From Dictyostelium discoideum (taxonomy: Eukaryota), in assembly GCA_000004695.1 (NCBI GenBank), contig CM000152.2:1280001-1344000 (forward strand): DNA of 64,000 nucleotides, read 5' to 3'. The notes under the pieces are model-generated. The model saw only the letters and a list, made by a program, of their open reading frames with translations, searched no databases and was not told the origin of the DNA. Made by a program: the position numbers and the translations under genes. Positions 26,339 to 38,734 of this stretch are shown here, in pieces (the stretch's first letter is position 1; the number at the start of each line of letters is the position of its first letter).

Positions 26339-27272
26339 TTTATTAATTGATACTTGTGGTACAGGGGTTCTAGTATTAGTTGTAGTTGTTGAAGAACTAG
26401 TATTAACGGAATTGGTAGTAATACTTGTATTAGAGGAAGTTACAGTTGTACTTGTAGTAGTATTATGGTGATGACGTGGTTGTTGTTGTTGTGGTTGTGG
26501 TTGTGGTTGTGGTGGTTGTTGAATTGGTTCACCAAAAATATTTGAATTTGGAGTTAAAATTAAAGTTAATCTTGGATCGGCATTTAAAAGATAAGCAGTT
26601 TTTTGAAAATTTTGAATTTGTTTAATACAATTATACATTAATTTCAATTTATTTAAATTCAAAGACCAACTATCTTCATTGATACCACAATAATCAGTAT
26701 TACCCTCTTGAATAAAGGTCATATCTGATAGAATTAAACCCAAGAAAGGTATACATGGAGTTGTAATGGTTTTTAATTCATTTCTATAGTTTTTAAAATT
26801 TTCATCACTTTCCATCAACTTTTCTAAATCTGATAATGTTTTTTGATGAGTTTTTGGTAATATCTTTTTTGTCCATTTTAAACGAGTTATTGAGGAATGA
26901 CTTATACCAGCATAGATGGCCATCAATGAATTATAGTTATGTAGCTCGTGTAAGTTTTTAGCAATCTTTATGAATCTTGCCATAACTTTACAACGATCTT
27001 TTAATTTCTCTTCATTTAAAATGGTTTGAATTACATTCATAGAGATCTCATTGAATCTATTGATTAACTTTATAATATTTGGTGCTTTATCCTTTAAATG
27101 TGGTTTACCCCATGCTCCATTCATTAACTCTTGAGTTTCAATACAAATAAAAATTGAAAAATCAATTGCTGTCAATGATTTTGCAATCTCTTTTGCTGGT
27201 GCATCCATAATTGATAAAAATATATCACTACTACTCCATGTCGATGATCTTGGTCTAGTTTGTACCCAAAAT

Positions 27273-27338
<66 letters not shown>

Positions 27339-27899
27339 CCACTACTATTTACTGAAGAGAATGAAGTTGAATTTGAATTTGAAATATTATTACCATTATT
27401 AAATGAAATTGAAGGTGAAGATATAATTGAAGCATGACTTGATGGTTGTTGTTGTTGTTGATTATGATTACCACCAATACTTGAACTTCTATTATGAGTA
27501 CGAGATGGTTTATGTGATGATGATGATGGTTGTTGTTGGTTTTGAGTTAAATGTAAATCATATTCAGTCTCATAAGTATTACTTGAAGTATTCTCTAATG
27601 ATGTTAAACTTAATACACTATCATTAGTTTGTTGTGGACTAAATCTTCTATTTTGAGTTGGTGAAGATGGTGGTGATGGTGTTGAAGATGATTGATATTG
27701 TTTTTGCATTAAATCAAATTCAAATCCTGTTGATTTCAATGATGTTGATAAAAATGTTTTAATCTTTAATGTTGCTTTCTTATTTAAATATTTCTTTTCA
27801 ATTAATTCTGCATTTGTTAAACTAATTTTTTTAATTTCTTCATTTTCATTAATATTATTTTCGTCATTTATATTATCATTACCATCATCATCATCATCA

Positions 27900-27937
<38 letters not shown>

Positions 27938-29050
27938 GTTTTCTATATTATCATTTTCTTTTTCTTTATCTTTTATATCTTCAAGTTTATTATTATTATT
28001 ATCTTGATTACCGCTATTATTATTATTATTATTATTATTATTTTCACAATTTTCATTATTATTTTCAATATTTTCAAGTTCGATTTCATTATTTTCTTTT
28101 TTATTTACATTATTATTATTATTATTATTTTCATTTTCATTTTCAGTTTCATTAATTGGATTTAAATCTAAACATCTTTCAGTGATTTTTGTTTCTAATA
28201 AATAAATTAATTGATTTCTTAATTCAAATATTTTACCATACAAATATGAATTATGAGTATTCTTTATATCCACTACAAAATCTTTAAACTCCGATGCAAA
28301 TGTATAATCACAAAGTTGTGATATATTATAATCTTTTAACCAACATTTAATAATACTACAAATTCTTAATTGAATTTGAGGTGATTCCGATTTAAATCTA
28401 TAATTTATAAATTTTTTGAAAAAAAAAAATATATATATATTAGTAATTTTAAAAACAAAAATAATATTAAATATTTCTTGGGGGAGAATAGGATACTTAC
28501 AAAGAAATTAATTCATTTAAAATATCTCTTGATGAAAATATACATTCATAAGTTGTAAAAAATGATTTAAATAAAATTGAATCATCAGAAGATTCTGAAA
28601 TTAATTTTAAAAGCATTTTTTTTAAACTATATAATAGAATCACTCTCTTTTGTTTCTCCTCTTCAATACCATCAATAATTGATTGTGGTATATGTCTAAC
28701 TGATGATGATAATGATGTTATTGGTGCTGATGATGTTGTTGTATTTGAAGATGATGATGAGGTTGATGTTGTTGTTGTTGTTACAGTTGATGAATTATTA
28801 TTATTGTTGTTTGTTCCATCTAGTTTTTGTAAATGTAATTGCAATTGTATTAAATCTCTACTTTGTTGTTCTTCCAATAATAATTGTTGTTGTTGTTGAT
28901 GATGTTGTTTTTCATCAACACCTAAACCAGTACCAGAACTTCTTAAAACTTGAACCAATCTTTCAAATGGATTACCATTGAAATTCATTGACTGATCCCA
29001 TTTTGGAATTGCAACTGTATATCTTTTATGCCTGTTATTAGTTGAAAAAC

Positions 29051-29095
<45 letters not shown>

Positions 29096-29724
29096 TATTA
29101 TTATTACTATTATTATTATTATTATTTTGTGATGATGGTTGTGATGTTATTACAGGTGATTGAGTGATTGGTGTCGTAAATACTGACGATGATGACATTG
29201 ATAAAGAATTTGATGATGGTGATTGTACAAGTGTATTTTGATGATTGTTTTGAACATGTTGATTATTCGTTAATATTGATGATGTACCTGATGTTGTTTC
29301 AATATTTATTCCGCTATCTATTGAATAATCTGTTTCATTATCTTCATCATTATTATTACTATTATTACTATTATTATTATTATTATTATTAATATTATTA
29401 TTATTATTATTATTATCATTATTATCATTATTGGTATTATTATTATTATTTTCAAATGGATTAATTTGAGTATGATTTGAAGATGGAGTTGTAGAAATTG
29501 TAGTTAAGAAAGATTCACTAGTTTGTCTATCAATACGTGGTGGTGTTACATTACCAGATAATAAAATATTACTACCATTACTGCTACTATTACTACGTGG
29601 TGATTTTGGTAATCTAATATTCTCATTCAATTGTGTCGCCATTAATTGTATTTTTTTAATAGTTTCTTCTCTTTCCATCTCTTTATTTCTAATTGTATTA
29701 TTTGGTGTAATTGTATTATCAATA

Positions 29725-29756
<32 letters not shown>

Positions 29757-30619
29757 TCTATTTCTTTGAGTATTAATTACAGCGGATGTTGTTAAACTAT
29801 GATTATGTGCATGATGAGTATTACCACTATGATTATTATTACTATTATTATGTTGGTGGTGGTGATGATGTTGTTGTTGTTGCTGTTGTTGTTGTTGTAA
29901 ACTATCTTTATCACTAAATGAATAAGAAGTTGATAATAAATTTGGAGAAGAAGTGAATTGTTGTTGATTTTGTTGATTTTGAATTGATGGTTGATTAGAA
30001 CCTAATGAACCACCATTACCAAGTGATTGTGAATCAATTTTAAAATCCTCTTCTGAAATTGGATCATCTTTATTCTTTCTTGATAATAATCTAACGAAAA
30101 TACTACCTCTATTCTTCTTTTTCTCTTGTGCTGATAATACATTACTATTAACTGATCCTGTTCCAAGTATAGTTCTATTGTTATTGTTATTGCTATTATT
30201 TACATGTAAACTATCATCCATTGATATATTTGATGATATACTATTTGAACTTGAATTTAATGGATTATTAGAAACTGTTGCTGTATTTGTTGTAGTTGTT
30301 GTTGCTGCTGTATTTATTGGCTCGTGTTGTGTTGGGTCAATTGGTGTTGTAATTTTCATTGACTTTCTTGATGCTTTTGATATTAATGTATTTATTGAAA
30401 GTTTATCTTTTTTCTCTGATTTTGATCTTGGTCTATTTATTGTACTATTACTATTATTATTATTATTATTACTTTCAAATGTTTTATTATTGGCAGCACT
30501 TGTAGTACTTATTGAGAAAGATACAGTTGATGCATTACTATATGTTGAATTAATACTACTATTTGAATCCTGTCTTGTTAAAGTTGGGACCACTATTTCT
30601 TTTTCATGATTTGATTCAC

Positions 30620-30704
<85 letters not shown>

Positions 30705-30875
30705 TTCACTATTTTCACAAGCAACATCTGTACTATTATTATCTGCACCATTTGTTACAACAGCGTCCTGTTGATTATGATTTTTTGATGAGGACTTTGT
30801 TTTAAATGGATTGAATAGTCTAGATTTATGCTTTTCTTTAGTACCATCCTTTTCTGCATGTCCATGGCCATCCAT
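24620..30875 (-). CDS. Ras guanine-nucleotide exchange factor (REM + CDC25-homology catalytic domain), about 2050 aa; exon 1 28501..30875, intron 28398..28500, exon 2 24620..28397
   Basis: ORF 24620..28273 contains a canonical RasGEF catalytic domain (…IFLSIMDAPAKEIAKSLTAIDFSIF…NYNSLMAIYAGISHSSITRLKWT…IPFLGLILSDMTFIQEGN). The upstream ORF 28497..30875 ends TCT TT|GTAAGT and rejoins after ..tataaattatag|A at 28398. This reconstructs a REM-like segment (FFTTYECIFSSRDILNELISL-FKSESPQIQLRICSIIKCWLKDYNISQLCDYTFASEFKDFV) that runs straight into the second ORF; the listed start there is GTG. Very long N, Q, S and T homopolymer tracts. Confidence 0.8.
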
Positions 30876-30942
30876 TTTTTGTAAATTTTTTTTTTTTTTT
30901 TTTTTTTTTAATTTTTTTTTAATTTTTTTTTTGTGATTATTT

Positions 30943-31002
<60 letters not shown>

Positions 31003-31089
31003 TAATTATTTTTTTTAATTGAGTCAAATTGAAATATAAAATCAATGAAATTTTCAAAAAATATATTTGATTTTTTTTATTATTGATTT

Positions 31090-31128
<39 letters not shown>

Positions 31129-31214
31129 AAAATGTTTTGTTTAACAAATTTTAGATTTTTATTTTTCCCACTATCTTTAATACAATATAATATTTTACAA
31201 AAAATAAAAATCTA

Positions 31215-31295
31215 ATTTTATTTTATATGTGGATGTGTTGTGTGTGTGGGTCTGAGTTGAATTTAAAGGGAGGGGGTAGGTGTGAGATGTTGATT
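31215..31295. promoter_or_regulatory. G/GT-rich island about 350 bp upstream of the RasGEF start
   Basis: tgtggatgtgttgtgtgtgtgggtctgagttgaatttaaagggagggggtaggtgtgagatgttg; the only GC-containing stretch in a 2.5 kb AT spacer. Confidence 0.3.
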
Positions 31296-32443
31296 GAATG
31301 AATTAATTAATAAATAAATAAATAAATAAATAAATAAATATCTAATAGTTTCTAATAAAAAACTATTTTAACTGTTTTGATTGGTTGTGGGTTTTTTTTT
31401 TTTTTTTGATGGTACAATTACAATAGGTTTATTATTTTAAATTGATACTATTGGTATTTTGATATTTTATTTTTATTTTATTTTTATTTTATTATTTTTT
31501 TTATTTTTTTTGACTGATTTTTTTTTTTTTATTTTATTTTTTTTTTTTTTTGATGATTTTTATTATTATTAATATACTACTACTTATTACTATTACAGCT
31601 TTGAAAAAAATATTTTGAAAACCACAAACAATGCAATATTTTACTTTGAATTTATTTGAATTGATTTTATGACTATTAATTATTATTTTTATTGTAAAAA
31701 ATTGTTGTTGTGGACGATTGAAAAAAATAAAAAAAATAAAAAATTTTAAAAAAAAAAAAAAAAAAAAAAAGAAATTGAAATTTTTTTTTTTTTTTTATTT
31801 GAAAAGTGGAGAAATCTAAAAATAAAAAAATAAAAAAAAGAATTAATATTTTTTAAATAATTATTAAAAAAACTTGAAAATGAAACTTAATAAATCCATG
31901 ATAGATATTATTAAAAAAAAAATATATAGCTTTATTTATTTTTAAAAAAGAAAAATAAAATAATTTAAAAATAAGAAAAAAAGTTTTTTTTAATCGAATA
32001 AAAGATAAAAGTCTAATTGTGTGCACAAAAAGAGATATTTTTTTTTTTTACAAAAAATAAAATAAAATAAAATAAAATATTTTTAAATATAAAATATTTT
32101 TTATTTTGGTATCCTAAAAAAAAAAAAAAAAAAACAGTTCAAATCGTTATATATGATTATATATTTCAACCACCCCCATCACAAATTTTTGGGAGTGAAT
32201 ACATAACGTGTATTGGGATTATTATTTTATTTTCCTCATTGTTTTTTTTATTTTTTTTATTTTTTTTTTTTTTTCTTTTTTAAAATTGAAAAACCCACCT
32301 ACCCTTAAATTTTTATAAATATTTATTTATAAAATTTTTTCCAAATTTATTTTTTATTTTTATACCATATAATTTAACAATTATTTTTAATTATTTAATA
32401 AACTGACACAGTTTTGTGATAAATTGTGAATTTTAAAACAAAA

Positions 32444-32485
<42 letters not shown>

Positions 32486-32664
32486 TTAAAAAAATAAAAA
32501 ATAAAAAATAAAAAATAAAAAAAAAAATAAAAAATTAATATGGGAAACTTTTCATTTTAAAATCAAAGAAATTTTTTTTTTGGAAAACATTAGATATTTC
32601 GATAGTCAAATTTGCCTCACTTTTTAAGATTAGTGTTATGGGTATTTGAAATTTTATTCATTCA

Positions 32665-32715
<51 letters not shown>

Positions 32716-33420
32716 GTTTAATTATTTATTTAATTATTTATTTATTTTATTTTATTTTTATTTTATTTTATTTTATTTTTTTTTTTCCCCAAGTTCTTTT
32801 TTTAATTATTATTATTATTATTATTATTATTTCATTTTTAAATTAAATATTTTAATAATTTTTTAATATTCATCGAAACTAATAAATTTTTTATACTTAA
32901 AATTAAAACAATTGTTTTAGTGGTACCAAAAAAAAAAATCTTTTTTTTTTTTTTTTCAATTGAATTTTTTCATTTTTTCATTTTTATATTTTTTTTTTTA
33001 ATTTTTTTTTTTTTTTCATATATAAAAAGACGAATATAAAAAAAAAAAAAAAAAAAAAAAATAAATAAATAAAATAAAGTAAAATAAAAAATAAGTAGCA
33101 TTAAATCAGACCAAACCATATAACACACACCATGTTATACGGTGTTACAAAAGTTTTTTTATATGTAGAGTCTTTAAGAATTATTGATTTATTAAGAAAA
33201 GGGTAATTGTTAATTTTCTTTTTTTTTTTTTTTTTTTTTTCATTTTTTGTTTAAACAAAAAACAAAAACAAAAACAAAAAAAAAAAAAAAAAAAAACAAT
33301 TCTAATATTAAAATTTAAATTACCAATACAATAGTGTATACAATTTAAAAGTTAAAGTATTTCAAGAGAATGAAACAACCAATATTGCAAAACCAACAAT
33401 CATTCAACAACGTAAGTCTA

Positions 33421-33425
33421 ATAAC

Positions 33426-33490
<65 letters not shown>
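33421..33490. repeat. (AAT)23 microsatellite at the 5' end of the FAM135 gene (5'-UTR or intron)
   Basis: Seen directly. Confidence 0.9.
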
Positions 33491-33496
<6 letters not shown>

Positions 33497-33539
33497 TTTA
33501 GCTACCTATATATTAATATATTTTATTTTAATAATAATA

Positions 33540-34404
33540 ATGATAACAATAATAATAATTTTAGCTAAAACCAATAAAGACTATAGTCACGTTATAAAAG
33601 AACATGAGGTTCTAAATAATAATTGTTATTCATCTAAAAAGTTTTTCGTTCAATATATAAACGAATTCTTTTTATTTGGAAATTTTATATCATTTGAAAT
33701 CGAATTACCTTTATATGTATGTAAAGAAATTTAAATATAAATATATATACATATATAAAGAAAGAAAGAACTAATATATAAATCTCTCTCTCTCTCTCTC
33801 TTTCATTAGAATTATTATTCAAATAACTTAATTGTTGATTTCGAATTAATTTATTATCCAGTAGAGGATGATTCAAGTGAGTCAATACCAAACTATAGCA
33901 ATAATACATCATTTTATTCGCAATTAACTGAGACGCAACAATCAACACCAACACCACTACCAACTGAAAAGGTAGTATCACAACAAAGAATTAGAATTAA
34001 TAAAGCAGGTTATGGTATACATCAATATATTCCAATCACTTTTAGCGATTTATACTTTTGTTTATTTAAAATGACAATTTCAACCTCATTAGTTGATGTT
34101 AAATTTAGACATCAATCAATTGAATCTTTAGTAAATTATAATACTGATAATAATAATAAATTTGATTCAAATGATAATGATAATGATACTGAAAATGAAA
34201 ATGAAAATGAAAATGAAAATAATAATAATATTAGTAATTCCCCTTCATCTCCCTATTTAAATGGTGCTGATATTGTAATATCAAAAGATACAACTAATAA
34301 CAATAATAATAATATTAAAAATGCAAATATCAATTTCTCATCATCTTTTTCAGTATTACCATCTATAAATACAAATACAACTACAACAACTACCACATTA
34401 ACTA

Positions 34405-34481
<77 letters not shown>

Positions 34482-36635
34482 TTACCAAGTTATTATAATA
34501 ATTCACCAAAATTATTAAGACAAAAAATTGGTAGATTAAGTTTATCAATGGGTCAAATACATTCATCACCATTGGAAGAGGATTTTTTAAATGATTTCTT
34601 TGATTATAAATATCCAGAAGTATTATCATTCTTTGTTGAATCATATTATAGATTAAGTAATAAATATAAATTATTATTAAACCTCTTAAAACAATCACAA
34701 TTTAATGCATTAGGTGAATCATTTACAACTGTACCACCTTTAAATATACCACCATTTTCTAAAACTCCATTATTTAATCAACAAAATTATAATAATATTA
34801 AAAATAATAATAATAATAATGGTACAACACCACCAAAAAAACAAAGACCCCAAACTGTTTCCATAAATAATATTAATAATAATGATAGTGACAATAATAA
34901 TAATAATGGTGGTAATACATGGAAAATGGGATCATCATCAGATTTATTACCAGCATTAAGAAAAAAAGCATTTTTAAGAAATAGTATTGAATTTGGTAAC
35001 TCTACTGAATTTATAGATAATTTACAATCATCAATGAGTTCATCACCTTCATCACCTCGATCACCCTCTTCACCCTCTTCACCTTCATCACCTTCATCAT
35101 CAACAACCTCATCACCATCAACTTCTTATTCAAATTTAAATACAATAACAAATAATAATAATAATAGTAATAATAATAATTTAAATAATTCACAAAATAG
35201 TATAATATTAAAATGGAAGAATATTTTAAATAATTTTCAAAATTTATCAGAACAGTTGAGTAAATTATGGAATAATTATGTTGTGGTATTTCAAATGGTA
35301 TCAAGAGAATATTGTTTTAGAGCAACAATAAATTATGAAAAGAAATGTATTGATAGATGGGGTTATAGAGTTCAAAGAATTGTACAATATATTCAATCAA
35401 CTGATGATATTTTAACACCAGATTCAAGTGTACCTTCATCAACATTTCTATCAGCTAATCCAACATTTTTCAATTATAAACAATTTAAAATTCAACATAT
35501 TCCATTTAAACATGATTCAGTTTATCATTCAATGCCAATATTTTTTGAACATATTTTAAAAATTCATAAAGATACTTATCCAAATATAACTGAATCATCA
35601 TTAACAAATAATAATAATACTACAAATTCTACAACAACAACAACAACATCAAAAGTAAAAGATGAATTAAATTCAATAACTGAAAATATTAAATTTAATT
35701 TATCAAATTCAAATCAATATTCAAGTAAACATTTATTTGTATTTGTACATGGTTTATCTGGTAGTTCATTTGATTTGAGACAATTTAAGAACTATTTTCA
35801 ATTACATTTTCCAAATTTTTTATTTTTAATGTGTTCATCAATTGAGGAGAATACATTGGAAGATATTGAACAAATGGGTGAAAAGATAGCTCAAGAGTTG
35901 CATGAATATTTACGTGATAATAATTTACTGATGTCAATTGGTAAGATTAGTTTTCTGTGTCATTCATTGGGTGGTTTGGTGGTTAGAAGTGCTTTAACCT
36001 GTAAATCATTATCCCAACATTTACATAAACTACATAGTTATATCTCATTATCAACTCCACATCTTGGTACTAAATTCTTGAGTGGTCCTTCAATTGTGAC
36101 ACCTGCACTTTGGGTTTGGCAAAAGTTTACAAGTTCAACATGTTTAAAACAATTGTTAATGCAAGATGCTCCAAATTTACAAGATTGTTATCTCTATAAG
36201 CTAAGTACTTGTGAATCACTATCTCTATTTCAATATGTATTTTTAATTAGTTCTGAACAAGATGGTTATGTACCTTATCATAGTGCAAGAATTGAAGTTC
36301 CAAAAGATTCAAAAGAAAATAGTAAACATATTCAAGTATTAAGAAAAATGGTTCAAAATTTATTAGATCCAATTAGATTAAGTAGTGGTTCTATTCAGTC
36401 AAATCAACAATCTGATAATAACAATAATATATTTAATGGTTGTGGTAGTTCAAGTTTAACAAATAGAGATCAACAAATTAAATCCCTACCTCGTTTCACT
36501 AAAATTAATGTTTTATTTGAAGCTCATAAAGGTGTTGATGGTGTAATTGGTAGATCTGCTCATATTAGAATGTTAGATCAAACTTGGTTTATGCAAATGA
36601 TTATACAATTATATAAACAATCATTTGAAAATTAA
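33540..36635 (+). CDS. FAM135-family protein with a C-terminal DUF676 putative serine esterase/lipase (alpha/beta hydrolase) domain; exons 33540(?)..33716 and 33810..36635; the 5' end is uncertain
   Basis: The C-terminal region has HLFVFVHGLSGSSFDLRQF and the nucleophile elbow CHSLGG, typical of DUF676. Upstream of the listed ATG (34071) the frame stays open back to the acceptor ttttcattag at 33808-33809 (NYYSNNLIVDFELIYYP...GIHQYIPITFSDLYFCLFKMTISTSLV). This matches the FAM135 N-terminal domain (human [27 protein letters not shown]), and exon 33540..33716 (…FISFEIELPLY|GTATGT) matches human VEFSIELHKFYN. A possible extra 5' micro-exon at 33370..33411 (MKQPILQNQQSFNN|GTAAGT) could not be phased in. 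Confidence 0.65.
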
Positions 36636-36820
36636 TTAAAAAAAAATAATAATAATAAATAAAAAAAAATAAAAAAAAAAAATAAAGTTTTAAATCTTTT
36701 TTTTTTTTTGTACAATTTTAATAAATTATAAAATGTAATTCTACATTTACATTTTTATTAATGATTTTTTTTTTTTTTTTTTTTTTTTTTAGATATAATA
36801 TTATTATAATAATAATAAAT

Positions 36821-37345
36821 TTATTTAGCACCTTGGATTAAATCACCAATGATTGAACCGACGGCAACACCTGAACCATTGTAGTTTGATGATTTCCAAT
36901 CAGCGATGGCAGTTTTGAAGTCAGCAGAGAGATCGTTTTTGTGTTCCCAGATTTCGACGGCTTCCTTTAAGATAACATCAACGATACCATCAACACCTGA
37001 TGATAATTTTGAGGCGATTTCTTCGATTTCTTCAACGAATTGAGTGATACCACAAGCATCATAATCGACTGGAACTTGTTGGATGGCTAAACCGAGATCA
37101 GTGATACCAGTTTTAACTTGATTGATTGATTTTGATTTGAAACCACTGTCAATTAATTGGAATGCAGTTTGGAATTCATCAAATGTTGAGGTGACACCAC
37201 TTAAACATGCTTGTGAGTTACTGTTGAGTGTGATTTCAACACCTTGGGCGAAACCAATTAAAAATTCACCAACATTGGTGGCAGTGTTTGCTAATGAGCA
37301 GTTGAATAAAGCGAAAATTGCAAATAATGTGATTAAAAGTCTCAT
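36821..37345 (-). CDS. small secreted protein (174 aa) with an N-terminal signal peptide; family not recognised
   Basis: MRLLITLFAIFALFNCSLA is a typical signal peptide. The mature region is acidic with few Cys. No motif identified. Confidence 0.45.
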   Translation of the reverse strand: MRLLITLFAIFALFNCSLANTATNVGEFLIGFAQGVEITLNSNSQACLSGVTSTFDEFQTAFQLIDSGFKSKSINQVKTGITDLGLAIQQVPVDYDACGITQFVEEIEEIASKLSSGVDGIVDVILKEAVEIWEHKNDLSADFKTAIADWKSSNYNGSGVAVGSIIGDLIQGAK

Positions 37346-37529
37346 TTTGTGTCTTTAAAAAAAAAAAAAAAAAATCTATAAAAAAAAGTATAAAAATATT
37401 ATATATATATAAGTATTTTGATTTATAATGAAGTTGTTATTGTTTGAAAAAAAAAATTTGATGTGATGGAATAAAAAAAATAAAAAAAAATAATAATAAA
37501 ATAATAAAATTATAAAATTTGACAAAAAC

Positions 37530-37650
37530 ACACACACTGTTTTTTTATTGTTGTGTAATGTTTTTATTATTTTATTTTTTTTTTTTTTTTTAATTTTTTA
37601 ATTTTTTACTCCCATACACACACATGCACACACCACCATCAATCATCTTT
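37530..37650. promoter_or_regulatory. CA-rich elements (CAE-like) 190-300 bp upstream of the secreted-protein gene
   Basis: aaaaacacacacactg ... cccatacacacacatgcacacaccaccatcaatca seen directly. Confidence 0.3.
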
Positions 37651-38189
37651 ATTTTTTATTTTTTTAATTTTTTATTTCTATTTTTATTTTTTTTATTTTT
37701 TTTTTAACAACTTCATAAGATAAGATGATGTTATTTGTTTACCATACCTTTTTATGAAAAAATAATTAAATAAAAAAAAAAAAAATAAAAAAAAAAAAAA
37801 AATTTAAACACTGTGGCCCAGTAAAATTTTTTTTTTTTTTAAAATTTTTTATAAAAAAAATAAAAAAAAAAAAATCAATCACGCGATCACAAGAAATTTA
37901 CTTTTACTTTTTCAATTTTTTTTCTTTTCTTTTGGATAAGTTCCCAAACGGTTCGGGATTTTTGCAAATCAAAAAAAAAAAAAAAATATGCCTTATTTTA
38001 CCGTTGTGTTTTACAAAAATGTTGAACATCTTAAAAAAAAAAAAAAAATAAAAATAAAAAAAAGAAAAAAAACCAACAATAAAAATCAAAAAAATCAAAA
38101 TAAAAATTGAACAACAAATAAAATGATTATTTTTATATTTTTTTATTTTGTTACAATAATTTTTTTTATTTTTTTTTTTATTTTATTAA

Positions 38190-38426
38190 TTAACAACTGC
38201 AGTTTCCACTTCCTGAAGCACCCATCAAAAAGGCTTTAGTATGAGCAACACCTACTGCAATTAATTCTGGAAGTGTGTATGAACGACCACTTGGACCGGT
38301 ATAAACAATACCACCACTACTACTACCACCACAACCACCACACGAAATATTATTTAATGATTGACCACCATTGGAATTTGCCATTAAAGAAATTTTTGAT
38401 TTTGATGATGATGAAACATTGCTCAT
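38190..38426 (-). CDS. HssA/2C/7E-family small Gly/Ser-rich protein (78 aa)
   Basis: MSNVSSSSKSKISLMANSNGG...ISCGGCGGSSSGGIV...GASGSGNCSC: a Ser-rich N-terminus, a central CGGCGG motif and a C-terminal GxCxC. This fits the dictyostelid HssA/2C/7E family as recalled from memory. Confidence 0.55.
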   Translation of the reverse strand: MSNVSSSSKSKISLMANSNGGQSLNNISCGGCGGSSSGGIVYTGPSGRSYTLPELIAVGVAHTKAFLMGASGSGNCSC

Positions 38427-38722
38427 TGATGAAATTGTAGCTTTTTTTTTTTTTTTTTTTTCTGAACATCAGTATTTAGTTTTTTAATATGTATCATTAA
38501 TCTATATTTTTAAAAATACATACAAAAAATTGTCATTTTTTTTTTTTTTTAGTTTTATTTTAGTTTTTAGTTTAATTAAAATTTATAACTTATTGATTTT
38601 TTTTTTTTTTTAAACAATATTTTGAGGCTATTTATACAAAAAGAATAAAAATAAAAATAAAAATAAAAAAAAAAAAAAGAACAAATGAGGTTTCTATATG
38701 TTTTAAATGCCAAAAGTCACAA

Positions 38723-38734
38723 TATCACGTGATA
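38723..38734. promoter_or_regulatory. perfect 12 bp palindrome TATCACGTGATA (CACGTG E-box/G-box core) about 300 bp upstream of the HssA-like gene
   Basis: Seen directly at 38723..38734 within over 85% AT DNA. Confidence 0.3.
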
